64,000 bases of DNA, from the NCBI GenBank assembly GCA_051047955.1, contig JBPGPT010000037.1, positions 62,001 to 126,000 on the forward strand. Reading direction: 5' to 3'. Of the stretch, positions 49,901-62,003 are shown piece by piece; within the stretch, counting starts at the first letter, position 1; each line of letters opens with the position of its first letter. The translations under genes were made by a program, and so were the position numbers. Under the pieces are notes generated by a model. That model was given only the letters and a program-made list of their open reading frames with translations, did no database searches and had not been told where the DNA came from. The DNA comes from Cystobasidiomycetes sp. EMM_F5 (taxonomy: Eukaryota).

Positions 49901-50356
49901 CTACCGTCCTTAGCGCAGCGCAGCCCACCCAGTAAGTATGCAATGGATTGCTCCTGGTCAAAATAGTAATTCCACAGAGCCGATTTGATGTCGTGGTCTG
50001 TAAAACCCGGCCCAAGAATATCGCGTATACTGGCGAGACCTGCTGCCAGTTGTTCTGAGTGGCGTACGTTGTCAGCTTTCACATCTGAATCACATCCGTC
50101 CAGAATTGGCCAGGCTGACGGTTCTGCTGTGCGGTCGCTCCGGCTGTTTCAGCAAGTCAGCCCCATTCCTTCCGGAGCGAAGCGCCTCAGCACACACCAT
50201 ATTCGTGCTCGTCGTCGTAGTCATCCATGGCCAGCTCGTCTGTTTGCGACCATATTCGAAAAGCGACGTCAGACTTGAATATCTGTACTTGTACATTTGA
50301 GACGGCCGCAGCGCACCATCGATGTCCATGTTACGCAGCGCTCTGTGTCGCGACAT
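46960..50356 (-). CDS. HBS1: HBS1-like translational GTPase (eRF3/EF1A family) with an alternative Ski7-like exon
   Basis: [11 protein letters not shown] start, HBS1 N-domain ([11 protein letters not shown]), [42 protein letters not shown]. Ends GETVAAGIVTDLY*. Confidence 0.93.
49118..49686 (-). CDS. Putative alternative terminal exon of HBS1 encoding a Ski7/HBS1LV3-like region
   Basis: Open frame from the CAG acceptor at 49687-49689, in phase with the donor at 49822. Encodes [19 protein letters not shown] and AFDVP. Ends at TGA 49118. Confidence 0.68.
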
Positions 50357-50571
50357 GGTGGCAGGCGTCTGCTTTAGCCGGTTGGTTGCGAACAGCGCCT
50401 TCAAAGCCGGATCCACGGTACAGTATCCGACAATTGATTGCAGGTCAATATCAAGCCACGGTCTATCAGATGTTCTTCGCATGGCCTCAGTGCCTTCATC
50501 ACTTCCTCTGCTTGGTTCGAGCATTGTTCTACGGAAAGAAACCGACAACGTATACTGCCGACTATCGTCTT

Positions 50572-53500
50572 TCAACCGTACACCCGTATTGATCCATCGG
50601 CTCCAGCGCTGGCGACATATGGATGTGTAGGATGGTAACGTAGATCCAATACACCTTCGCCGGCCTTGATGCGGTGTGCGTTGGGAATCTCTTGGATACA
50701 CTTGCGTGATTGCAGCAGATCCCAAAAGCGGATAATCCCATCGTGAGAAGCGCTTGCGAGGGTGAGCCCCGCTGGATCGACGTCTAAGGCTGTCACCGCG
50801 TCGCTGTGTGCTTGCATGGAGTGCGTACATGTACCGGTGGCAAGGTCAAATATGCGAATGAAACCGTCTTCGTGGGCGGTGATCAGTAGAGCTAGCGTTG
50901 GATGCGAGACGATCCGATTTATTTGTGTTGCAGGAGTGCCGTCTACTCGACAGATGTTAGCTTCGACCGGGAAAATAGGTACTTTGCGTTTCAAAACTCA
51001 CCATGAGTCTCGTTGGCCTTGAGTGTCTGTACCAGCTTGCCCGTTTCGACATCGAATATTCGGACAAGAGAGTCTTGATAGGCAACAGCCAAGCGGGTCA
51101 TGTCATTCTGACACAGCGCAAGGCTAGTTGGCACAGGCCTCGCACCCTCCTCGCTGCCGTCTGTACCGCCAGCGTACCAAGATAGCTTGAGCGACCCACT
51201 AGGTTGACCATCACCGCTTCCTGCGGTATGAGAGCTCTGACCGGTCTGCTGTTGACTTCGTGAGACATTCCAAACCTTGACGGTTCCATCAGCACTGGCT
51301 GAAGCGATAATCTCAATCTGCTGGCCTGAAGCAGCATCTGCCGCATTGGCAAGCAAGCAAACATCCCACACGGCGTCAGTATGACCTTCTAATCGCCTGA
51401 GATTGAGGTGAGGCTCGAAAGGCGCATATGGGTCGTCCCGCTCCTGCGAAGGAATTTGCCAGACTCCAATCGTAGCGTCCAAAGAAGAGCTAAAGATCCG
51501 ACCACTGCCACTCGAGATACAGACCGCAGTGACAGGCGCCCGATGTCCCCTGTAAGTATGCGCTGGCTTGCTATCCGGTACTGGCAGATTGCGCGCAGAC
51601 GCGGATAGCGATGCTCGATCCATACGCCATATCTTCAGGGTACAGTCATCACCGGCGGTGATTAGCATAACATCCCATGGCCACTTCGTCTGGTCGAAAG
51701 CCAGACATCGAGCACAGTCCAGATGACTAGCAGTGAAAATTCAGCATGCAAGATCCGAATTGAGCAGAGGTGGCTATCTTACCTTCTTATGGTACGTCTA
51801 GGCTTCCACACCTGATGTTGACTCTCGTTTACCGCCGTTGCACTACTGGCGGTACTGAATGAGGAATCGCTCCGCAGCCTCCTTGCTGCAACATCAGCTT
51901 GACTTTCCGAGATGAGCGCGCTCAACTCGCTGTCGCCAGTTTTAGGACTGCTAACACTCTGACCTGCCTTCTTCAAAGCTTTGCGCCATTCGTCGGTATT
52001 GTCAGGTCGAAATATGGCAGTTCCGCGGTTATTGATTTCAGGACTATTAGAGTCACCTTCGGGAGGTAAAGATGAGAGAGTCGTCGAGTTGCGAACTATG
52101 GGAGACGAATTGCTAGCGACTGACGCTTGGCTGGAGGTGTCGGGCGCTGTTGTCGAGAGGGGAGGATTGGGCACAGACGATGCGAGCTTACTTCCGACGA
52201 CGTTTGTGCTAGTTGCTGATGTTGCAGCAATATTGGTAACGCCGGAAGCTCTATCTAAAAAAGGCTGCCCGTTTGTATCGCCACGTGCTTCTCGAGCTGC
52301 CTCTACTTGAGGCGCATCTGCGGTACCGTTCGATACGTCACGCTGATTCGGTTCTGATTTCTGCACGCTGTCCGCAGGCTCTCTATCTGTCGGTCCGAGC
52401 GGCTCTTGTGCACTGCCATCGACGTTATGCCGTTGCGCTTGTCGCAAGTCAAATGCTTGACCGCCTGGCACCACCGGCATGTCGAGCATAGTCTTCCGCG
52501 GCCGATGTAAGCCCGCAACGCCCCTCTCGGGCAAGGGATTGAGCGCGGAAGCCGAAGTAAGATATGATATTTCTTGCAGACATTGCTTCAGGTATTCCCG
52601 TGATTTCGCTCGTCCACGAGGGTCACGAGTGTGAGCAGAATGCCAGGCTAACCCGGTAACCCCAATTGTATTGTTGCCTACATTTGCACCGATTGACCCG
52701 GCGCCATTCTGAGCCGCGGCGAGCAGAGCTGGGAGAGCCACAGTTGAGGAGGGTCTGGTGAGAGACACAGAACTTGCAGCCGCAGTGGCAGCAGAAACTA
52801 TGACTTCCGGTACAGCTGTCGAAGGGTGGCAGTCAACATCTCGTGGAACCTTTCATCACATGCTTCGAAAGAGCACACCTGGTTTATCGTCTTCGTCGCC
52901 TTGTGAACCCGCCTTGGCAGATGCAGTACCCTCCTTTGTTGAAGGGGCCTGAAGCTGGACCTTCTTCTTGTCTGCCATAGCCTTTCGGAGATTGTCATCC
53001 TTCTTGCTGTCTTTGTCAGGCTTGTCAGATCCGGCCTTTTCGCTGTCCTTGTCGTCCTCTACAGATCCCGACTCGCTCTGCGTGTCCTTTGAGTCTTTCC
53101 GCTCCTTGTCCTTTGTCGCCTGTGCCTGCTGAGCTGCTGCCTGGGCTTGAGCATGCTGTTGGGTGAGATACTTTTGGCGTTCTTGCCGGAGAGCATACTC
53201 GAGCATCTTTACACGCCGCATGAGGTCTGTCTTGAGGTTCTCGTTTCCACGTCGTTCACCTTCAAGCAGAGCTATCCGGGCCTGCGTCATGGGATCCCAA
53301 TAAAACGTACATCAGTTTCTCAAGCGAATCCACCTGCAATACGAACACTCACGCGCATCTCTCCGCGCTCAATCTCCCACTCGTTGCGTTCTCGCTCGTA
53401 CCGCCGCCATTCCGTCTGCAGATAATGCAATACCTGGCCCAGGTTGATTTGATTTGGAAGCGTCGGCGCCCCAGTTGCTGGCGCTTCGAGGGGTCCAACT

Positions 53501-53634
53501 CCGTGCTGCTGACCAGACTGCGGCTGCTGACCATACTGCGGCTGCTGCGGCTGCTGGTGCTGCTGGCTCTGGGGCGCGTGCTGCATGGGCGACGAGCTGG
53601 GATTACTGCCAGCCAGGCCTTGCTGATGGTGGTG

Positions 53635-53665
<31 letters not shown>

Positions 53666-53700
53666 AACGACAGCGACGCAGGCGGCGTCCACGGTAGCAT
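50572..53700 (-). CDS. Striatin (STRIPAK scaffold; Far8/PRO11/HAM-3 homolog)
   Basis: [38 protein letters not shown]...RRVKMLEYALRQER, SREYLKQCLQEISYL, C-terminal WD40 repeats. Confidence 0.95.
53633..53665 (-). repeat. CAG/polyglutamine tract in the striatin N-terminus
   Basis: (CTG)n on the + strand, encoding QQQQQQQQQQQ on the minus strand. Confidence 0.9.
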
Positions 53701-54002
53701 GTGGGAATCAGATGTATGGCCCCGGATGGCCGCTGCCAGTCGGGATGAGGGATGACCTGCCAGAATCAAAGTCCGACTCGAGTGCGGAGAGAGGGTCGCG
53801 AGAAGGCTCAGGCTTGCATAACGGCGTCCACAACTGAATCAACGGGAACGGGTACACTACTCATACAATGCGCCGGCGGGGGCAGCAGACGGTTATCCGC
53901 AACAGCTCACTTGCGTTGTGATGGTGCAACAGCGGCGTTATCCCGGTAAAAGCAAACAGATGCCAATAGCACGGTTCCACTGCTTCCAGCCCTTACGCAG
54001 AG

Positions 54003-54765
54003 CTAGCTGCGCGGCTGGACTCGAGGTTCCCAGGCGTGCAGCTTGGGTGCTGAACGGAAAACGACAAAAGCTCAGCCTGCTACTAGAGCAGCCAAAGGGT
54101 AGCATCTAATAAACGGACCTGTAGTAGAATACGTTTTGAAGGCGGCACGACCGCCTGTGCTGTTTTCGATGTGGTTAGTACCCCACGCTGGCTTCGCTTC
54201 CCGAATGCGGGCATCCATATGGGGAGGCAAAGCTCTCATGTGGTTTAGCCAGCCGTGCCATTCAGGTGGAACTTGCGAAGCATTAAAGTCCCACTGCAAG
54301 AGCAAGCGGCAGCGGCTCATGTCGTTAGTAAATCGACGCATCCGTCTCGACTGCTTCAATCTCTCATCTCACCTGGGCGTAGTCTACCCAGCGATTTCTA
54401 CCACTGTGCTCATCGTTGTTTTCATAGTACTGTTATGCAAAGTGTGATTGAGCTCTACAATACGAGCTCTCTTGACCTCGTTTCCTGACCTTGTTCCCTT
54501 GCCTGTGAAAGGCAGGGTAGCCAGCGTCAGCTTACGTGACTAACACTCGACCCAGCACCTAAAAGACCTACATATCGGTCCCGACGTATGTCCCGACCTT
54601 GGTATCATTCATCCTCAGCAGTTGCCGGTGCCATCCACTCAAGCCTGTTTCCGCAAAGCCATGTCAGCTGAGCTTTCATTCTGCCCTTTCCAGCTGAGAA
54701 ATGGGCACACCCAGAGTACGGAATGCGCGGACCATGCGCACCCATGGTGACAGAGATTGCGACAT
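54003..54765 (-). CDS. NDUFA12: NADH:ubiquinone oxidoreductase subunit B17.2/NDUFA12
   Basis: Spliced DTKVGTYVGTDMQGNKYYEN...GRNRWVDYAQWDFNASQVPPEWHGWL...FKTYSTTAPKLHAWEP. Includes a 13-nt micro-exon. Confidence 0.92.
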
Positions 54766-54914
54766 TATTGCAGAGTGCGAGGTGATGCTACGTCGAGGGA
54801 ACACTGCGCTGGCTGCAACCCCATGATCGAGTTGCAGCTATATGCAAATGGGCTAAAGCTTGCTTTTCTAGACAAGTAGGACTCATGAAGCTCATCGTAC
54901 ACTGCTCTCTACTC

Positions 54915-56906
54915 TTACTCAAGCCCGATGCTTCCTACAGTCCATATTCTGATAGTCTCGACGACAGCTCCACCTACAGCGGAGAGGGATATTCCAGTAT
55001 ACTCTGACGGGGTGTACACCCGGGTGCTGATTGCGCATCTCTCGTTTGCAAATACTTCCACTACGTCTCGGTCAATGAAGACTCGAAGATGCAGCACTTC
55101 GACCGAGGATTCCGATCCCTTCGACGTAGAGTAGCGGAATAAAGTATGTGATGCCACTTCATCACAGGTGTTAACGTTGGGGTTCGTGGTCGAGAGACCA
55201 CGTCGAACGATGAGCGTTTCCTCCACGGGGCTGAATATTATGCTCGTATACACCGTCATTGGCTGATTGTGCCGAATGAACAGTGTGACTGCTTCGCATT
55301 CCGTGCCCAAAGACAGCCTGGCATCGATTTCGCAGCTCGCTGACGCTTTGTTTAAACAGCGATGCACGGTCCCATCGAATTCGAGCTTGACATCTTTGAG
55401 GGTGAATACACAGCTTCTCCTCAAAGCGTCCATCTCGCAGATAGGCCGTATACCGAGCGTGAACAAGTTGGAGAGACCCGTCCCTTTGTTTTCGCTCATG
55501 GATACGCTATCAATGTCATGTATCGGCGTAGTCCAACCAGAGTCGACATTATCGTGTCTCTGCAGGTAGATCTCCCTAGGAACCCCAAGACAGCCAGTCC
55601 AGCCTTTCTGCTCCAGTAGGGACGCCGGTAAGTCCTCTTCGATTAGCCAGCCCCAGGCAACATTCCTTCCATCAGCTGCCTTGCAGGTACTGCAGGCATA
55701 ATAAAGCCCCCAATCGAGTAGGCCAGCGGACGCTGCATATAACGTAACACTCAATTTGGCAGCGGAAGGAGGATCACCATTCGACGAGCTGGACGGACTG
55801 TCCTTACGAAAGTCGACAAACATCCAATGCATGTATCTTACGACGCGCTGACTGGCAAGCGGCTTCGCAGCGTGGTATGCTACTGTGTGCTGTCGCGGCA
55901 TGCCTCCCTCGGAGCCAACTAGAATCACCTCCCTTGTTTGCGTAGTATCGCTAGGACTGTGCAGCGTGAGAAAGTTGGCGCATTCGAAATTTGCGCCGAC
56001 ATCGCCTCCCCACTTGATAGACCTGATGTGATTGCGAGGAATACTCAGTATGGGTCCGCAGTAAGTCCAACTTGTCAAGTCGTCAGGACGTATAGTATAC
56101 AGCCAGATGCAGGGTCCAACATTGTGCACACCACCTGAAACGAGGGCGTACAAGCATACAGCATCGTCTCGTCGTGCAATTCGAAGTGAAGGCCAGGCAG
56201 CCACAAACGGATCCCGGAAGCCGGTCACATGTACGTCAGGCGGTTCTTCAGGGAGGATCGGATTATTTGCGTGTTTTGTCCCTGCTCATTTGCTAGTTCG
56301 TCAATTGTGCTTGAGGTGGCCGTAGTAGACACCCACAATGCAAGCCACCGTCAGTGGAAACTGCTAAGGATATCCCTTCACTACCTCGGCTGTACGGGAT
56401 CTTCCAATCAACTGGGAGATTGCAGACATTTGTGTAAAATATGGACAAGTCGTCCGGTCCGCCGTGAGGACCAGTCGGTACCATACATCCCGTAAACACG
56501 CCTTTGTTGTCATAAGGTTGATCTGGCGACAGGATAGGCTGTTCCAACACTCAGACTGTGTAGTGAGCCTCAGAAGTAAGTAGCGCATACTTCGAGGGAT
56601 GTGTGCGCCCAATGCACCAAATCTGGGCTGCTTGCGGAGCCCCACGATATGTCACCCCAGAAAGGCGAGTTCGGGTTCCATTGATACGACAAGTGATAGA
56701 CTTGCCTGCGTGCATCGTAAACAGGAGCACAAGGATCATTCATCCCTATAAGGGGAGAGAGCCAATGTCAGATGATCTTACAGTGGCATCTCCTAACCAT
56801 GCATATGCCTGGACTGACATCCGCAAGGCGCAACAAAGTGGAAGATGGGTCGTCCATTAATTCCCGAGTCCTCGAAATCTTCCGCAGCATCAGCCGACTC
56901 AGACAT
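54915..56906 (-). CDS. GH32 beta-fructofuranosidase/invertase, no signal peptide evident
   Basis: Spliced RPIFHFVAPCGWMNDPCAP, GVFTGC, GFRDP, NFECANF catalytic motifs. C-terminal LRVFIDRDVVEVFAN beta-sandwich. Confidence 0.93.
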
Positions 56907-57393
56907 GAGAGTCTTGGTGGTTCGTATGGATGATGAGATGCTGACAACGGGACGCAATGACTGCCATAAAGCAGATATGTATAGGATCGTAAGTGTTAGG
57001 ACACCCCAGGATTCATGGGAGGAAAGCCAATGAAGCGCAAAAAAGGAGCGGGGAACAAAGTCAACGATACGGTCGTAGAAAGCTATCTTCGATGTGTCGG
57101 TTTCACAAGTCCTCGCATAAAAAATCGCACGTTGTAATTAAGATTGCACTGTCTTATTGAGGCACTAAATCTATTTGCATTCATCTAGATTGTAACAACC
57201 GCAGTGAATCGTGGTATTGAGATGGAGCAACAGAGTTGCCCAACGGCTCTTGCAGGAGCCTCTGTGATGCAATTGTCCAGAAGTATGACCGAGGAGATGG
57301 ATTTGTAAACTAGAACTGCAGATTACCGCCCCTTATCCGGATAGGTGATTGTCGCATAGCGACGAATGAAGATTTGCAGTTTGCTATTCAGCA

Positions 57394-59307
57394 CTAAGCG
57401 GAGACGGTGATCTTCTTGAAACCCCTGCGAATACCAACAGACGTGAGAAACATTCACACAGCGTCTGTGAGATGGACGCACTCAGCGATATGATCGACTT
57501 TGGCAGTTTTTGCAGCCTTTTCGGATGCTTCCTTGATAGCCCTGCCCACGCACGTCAGAATTACTCCATTTCGTATAAACTTGATCAAGCCCACCAGGTC
57601 AAAGCGTATGTACCACACGCGTCTCTGAAACTGCTTAGAATACCATCGTGGGTCTGCGTATACGAGATGAGTTGATCGTCCGTGTCGGGAACCTCTTCGT
57701 CGTCGTCAGCAAGAGCGCTTTCGTCGTGAACTTCCGAAGCGCTGCCTTTCTCGGCTGCATCGATGAAGGCCGAGCATTCCGAGTAGTATGGATCACTGCC
57801 GCGTGTTTACACTCAGACCGGCTGGCTAGTATACGATCATCACTTGACTCACTCGTCGTTAAATACGAAACGCTGCTCGGCATCGCTCTCTGGCGATCGG
57901 ACATACAGCGTTGGCTCGTTGTAGAGATCGGTGACTTTTAGCTGCCAACCATCGACTTTACCAAATTTTCGTCAGCGGGAGTACGTATCTGTCACCAGCG
58001 CAGACTTACGATAGACCTCCAGCTCGGTAGAGTACTTTGTGCCCTGCAAAGTCAGAGCATGGACAAACGAAGCGATACCACCATTCTCGTATTTCCTGAA
58101 CAGCGAACAATTCAGACCGAAACTTTCGTACTTTCAATCACTACTCGCAAACGCACCAGATTGCAGAAGTAGTACGGGGGTTTCGCAGGTCGGCTGGAAT
58201 CTTGTCCTCATCGATGGGGATCTTTTCCAGGAAGCCTGCCTCCTCAAAGTGCTATGAATGACAGCGACTCAGACAAGACTTATGGTGTACATAGGGAATT
58301 CGACTCTGCTCACCTCGGTACTGGTGGCTTGCACGGTGTCCAAGAGCACAGCGCCGCCAAAGTATCTGCAGAGATCGACGAGATGGGTACCCTGTTCCAC
58401 GATAGGACCGCACGACTTGGACTTGTTCCACCAAACCTCCGACTTGATCTTGGCGTACGAGCAGACGTAACGCGCAACAGTCATCATGACTGGTTTGCCA
58501 GTCGATTCAATGATATTCTTCATGTGCTGAATGACCTTGAGGTATCGCAGCATGTAACCTACGGAGGCGACTACGTGGTTTTCTTCGAGATAGTGTGCCA
58601 GCGCGATTGCGTTGGGAACAGGAGCAGTCGCAATGGGTTTCTCGATGAATTGAGCGGCCTTGGGAAAGGCTTTGTGCAGCTGAATTTCCATATCTGCACC
58701 AGGCCTAGGTGGAGGGCGGTATCAGTCCAAGGACGAGGTGGAAGAAGGATGGCAAGCGTGCTCACAGATCACTACCGTGGAAAGCAGGCGGACTACCGAT
58801 AATGATGGCATGAGGGGTGTCCTTTGGATCTAGCCCCTGCAAAAATTCCTGGAGATTCTTGCATAGCTTGCAATTAGCGTATGCCATTGCTACAAATGAA
58901 TTTGCTTTGTGGTCCAGTACTGCCTGACCGCGGGCGATGGCTGGGTCGATGATGCATACGACATTGAGACGCGTTTGCAGTCTATGCTCGAGGCGAGCGG
59001 ACTGTCCAACGAGAGCGAAGTATCAGATGAGGGCTCCATGCACAAGGTCATTATAGCGCACGTGGTTCCAAGGACTGTGCAGTCGAAAATGAGCAAACGG
59101 CCAATTCTAAACAGGGAAGGGGCTTACCCTTCGTCAGATCCAAAGTTGACTATCATTGTGAAGAGATGTCAGCATACGGATCTTGCGTGTTGTGTATTGC
59201 ATCCCCCGCACTGTTTCCGGCACCTGCACGACGGAGGTCAGTGCGAAACAACAAACATCAAGTATTCCTCGCCTACCAATGAAGAGAACATTGAACTTTC
59301 CCTTCAT
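57394..59307 (-). CDS. Gfo/Idh/MocA-family NAD(P)-dependent oxidoreductase
   Basis: FNVLFIG Rossmann start, FIEKP, VGYMLRY, GPIVEQGTHLVDLCRYFGG, ILSSFRDACGTYALTWAIK. Confidence 0.85.
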
Positions 59308-60560
59308 GCGCTCTTTCTGTGGACACAAGCGTGAGTAGCGGTTGCACGACAAGCGGGCGCCGACATAGTGAGGGTATCCCATACCTTGGTCTGCCTATCA
59401 ACGGACTTTTCAAAAGTGTCAGCGCAAATCCTTCTGTACGTCAACGCAGTGATATACGTACAGTCATCGAGGACATGCTGCCGAGCCTGTCCACGTTGAC
59501 TGCGACATACTTCAATCAGCTGAGCCGTCGGTAACGCGAACACGCTAAACGAGACGCACTAGACGGTCTTCGTCGCTGGCTCTTCATGCTACTTGAGCGG
59601 CGGCTTCTGTTGCTGCCCATACTGGTCGCCGACATTGGCGTAACATCGTCGCCCTCCTTGCTGCTCGTCATACGCAGCCCTCCGAACGACCTGAGGATAC
59701 GACTGGACTTAGCCTCATTCAGACAGCGCATACCAAGTAACGCCTACATGGTTGCCAACTGATTGCTTGTGGTATGTGGTATGGTATGATCCAAGGAAAT
59801 GATGCTGCGACCTTGTTGATGCGAAACCAAATTCGAGTCGGTGCGCAAAACAGTCGAGTGGAGGTTTCGTTCAACAAAAAGTCTTCAACAAGCTGCAGAA
59901 GCGACAGCAATTTTCTATCTGGAGCAATGTATGCGACCACTGTCGGTGTTCCTTCTCTTTTACGGTGGTATCTTGTCGCTACCTCGGCTTCGAGCTCACC
60001 CTGCGTCATTCTGTGCCTGATAATAAGACCGCTCAGATTTGGCCTGGATCCGTAATTTATGCCAGAGCCGACGTGTCATTGACACCATTGTTGAGCTCTG
60101 GGATAATCTGTGCACTTCCAGAGAACAAGGTATTGATAAGCTGGCCATGCCGGTCGTCAATTCTTCACGGTGCCCATGACGAAGTCTTGCGCAGACAAAA
60201 AGCACTACGAAGCAAGCATAACAGAATGCACAAGATTTGATTCAAGCTAATTAAGTTACCATGCTGAAACAAATGTTCCGCTCAGTTACAGTACGAGGTC
60301 GCGGTATGAGCATTCCATGCCGTACTGAGGTCCCCACTTGGCAGCTTTCAATCCCACGCTGGGATGAGCTTGAGAGACCTACAAATGCCCGTGTGTAGTA
60401 CAGTAGTTTGTGAATACGATTGCGTTACGTTCGCCGCCAGAACAAGCGACCAACCTTATGATGCTCGCCACGTCTGTGCGCCCTTGCCCTTGAACAATTG
60501 CGACTCGCACACCGCACACGAATATACAACCACTGCCACTGCACCATCCGGACAGCAGCC

Positions 60561-61722
60561 ATGGCACTCAATCCTGAATGTGAGCAAGTCATGCTGGACG
60601 CCCAGCTGAGAATGCCCCTTGAATGGTCGCGGCGTCAGCTGCGCGAGCAGCCCGTGATTGACGTCCGTATTGACGGCGGTGCTGGCAACCTTCTTTGATA
60701 TAGATGACTACCTCTTCAAGCTGCTCCTCATTGGCGATTCCGGTACCGGCAAGTCATGCCTGCTGCTCAGGTGAGGGCTGGTTCATCAGGAATTGGCCGT
60801 CGACGCAAGGCATCCAGATCGCGTGGTTGGGCTGGCGTACTTGCAGTCCCGCATCTCAAAGTGCCGCTCTAGCGTACTCAGCTGCACTTGGACGGGCAGT
60901 CTGCACCGCTCTGCTCGGTTGCCTGCAGTCTAGCTCATCAGCGAACAATTGCCTTGGCGAGGACAAACGATGCACAGGAGAATGACCGCTGACCCATAAC
61001 TTGTCCACTGCTTCTCAGGTTTGCCGATGATACATACACGGATTGTGAGCACTTCGTCGCGATACGGGTCATACCTGTACTGACACTTGCGATGCACATT
61101 ACAGCCTACGTCTCGACCATCGGTGTTGATTGTGAGAGGACAAAGGCAGAGTCATTGAGTAATTCAGCCTGAACGACCAACCCATTCACAGTCAAGATCC
61201 GAACACTAGAGCTGGAGGGCAAGACCGTAAAGTTACAGATCTGGGACACGGCAGGCCAAGAGCGTTTCCGCACGATTACTTCGTCATACTATCGCGGTGC
61301 ACACGGTATCATTGTAGTGTACGATGTCACGGATCAGGACACGTTTGCAAACGTAAAGACGTGGCTTGGCGAGATTGAACGATACGCCGTTGAGGGAGTC
61401 AACAGGCTGCTCGTTGGCAACAAGTCGGATCTGACTACCAAGAAGGTCGTCGACTACAGCGCCGCGAAGGAGTTTGCCGACTCTGTGGGAATTGTAGGCT
61501 GTCTTGTTCATCGGGTTGCAATTCAATTGCTGATTTGCGCTTCTCCAGCCTTTCCTCGAGACATCTGCGAAAGCGGCAACCAACGTTGAACAAGCATTCA
61601 TTACCATGGCCACTCAAATCAAGGAGAGAATGGCAGCGGCGCCCGTTGCAGCGGGAACGAGCAAGACGACAGTCAAGGTCGGCCAGTCGCTCGAGCAGCA
61701 AAGCTCTGGTGGTTGCTGCTAA
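60561..61722 (+). CDS. YPT1: Rab1/Ypt1 GTPase
   Basis: [73 protein letters not shown]-terminal GGCC*. Confidence 0.97.
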
Positions 61723-62003
61723 GTACAACAAGGGCGTTACCTTTTTGGCGGCGACGTGCAGTATAAACGAGAAGTTCTAGGCATGAAACGATACGCTGAA
61801 TGCGCTTTGCTGTGTCGCTTGTTTCCTACACGCCGTCTCAGGGTTGTTAGTCATTCTGGTCTAGCGATGTCTAATGCAGGTTTCATTGTATTGCGTATGA
61901 TGACTCGTAGAATGCCTGTATTCGCATGCCTGCCCGTACTTTGCTGCCATTTGACCTGAAAAGCTACACATGGTCGCCACTCACTCGCTTGCGCCCGCAC
62001 TCA

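Noticed and set aside
36633..53700. PKA-R, MSH4 and striatin as a sexual-development cluster
   Set aside because: They are interspersed with unrelated housekeeping genes, and no pheromone, receptor or homeodomain genes are present. Proximity alone is not evidence.
59308..60560. Short ORFs between the oxidoreductase and YPT1
   Set aside because: No recognisable domain or consistent exon chain; may be UTR or promoter DNA.
60605..60640. GCTGAGAATGCCCCTTGAA resembles the start of a TPP riboswitch inside an intron
   Set aside because: The downstream CTTGATC...GATAAT...GCG core is missing, and the host gene is unrelated to thiamine.
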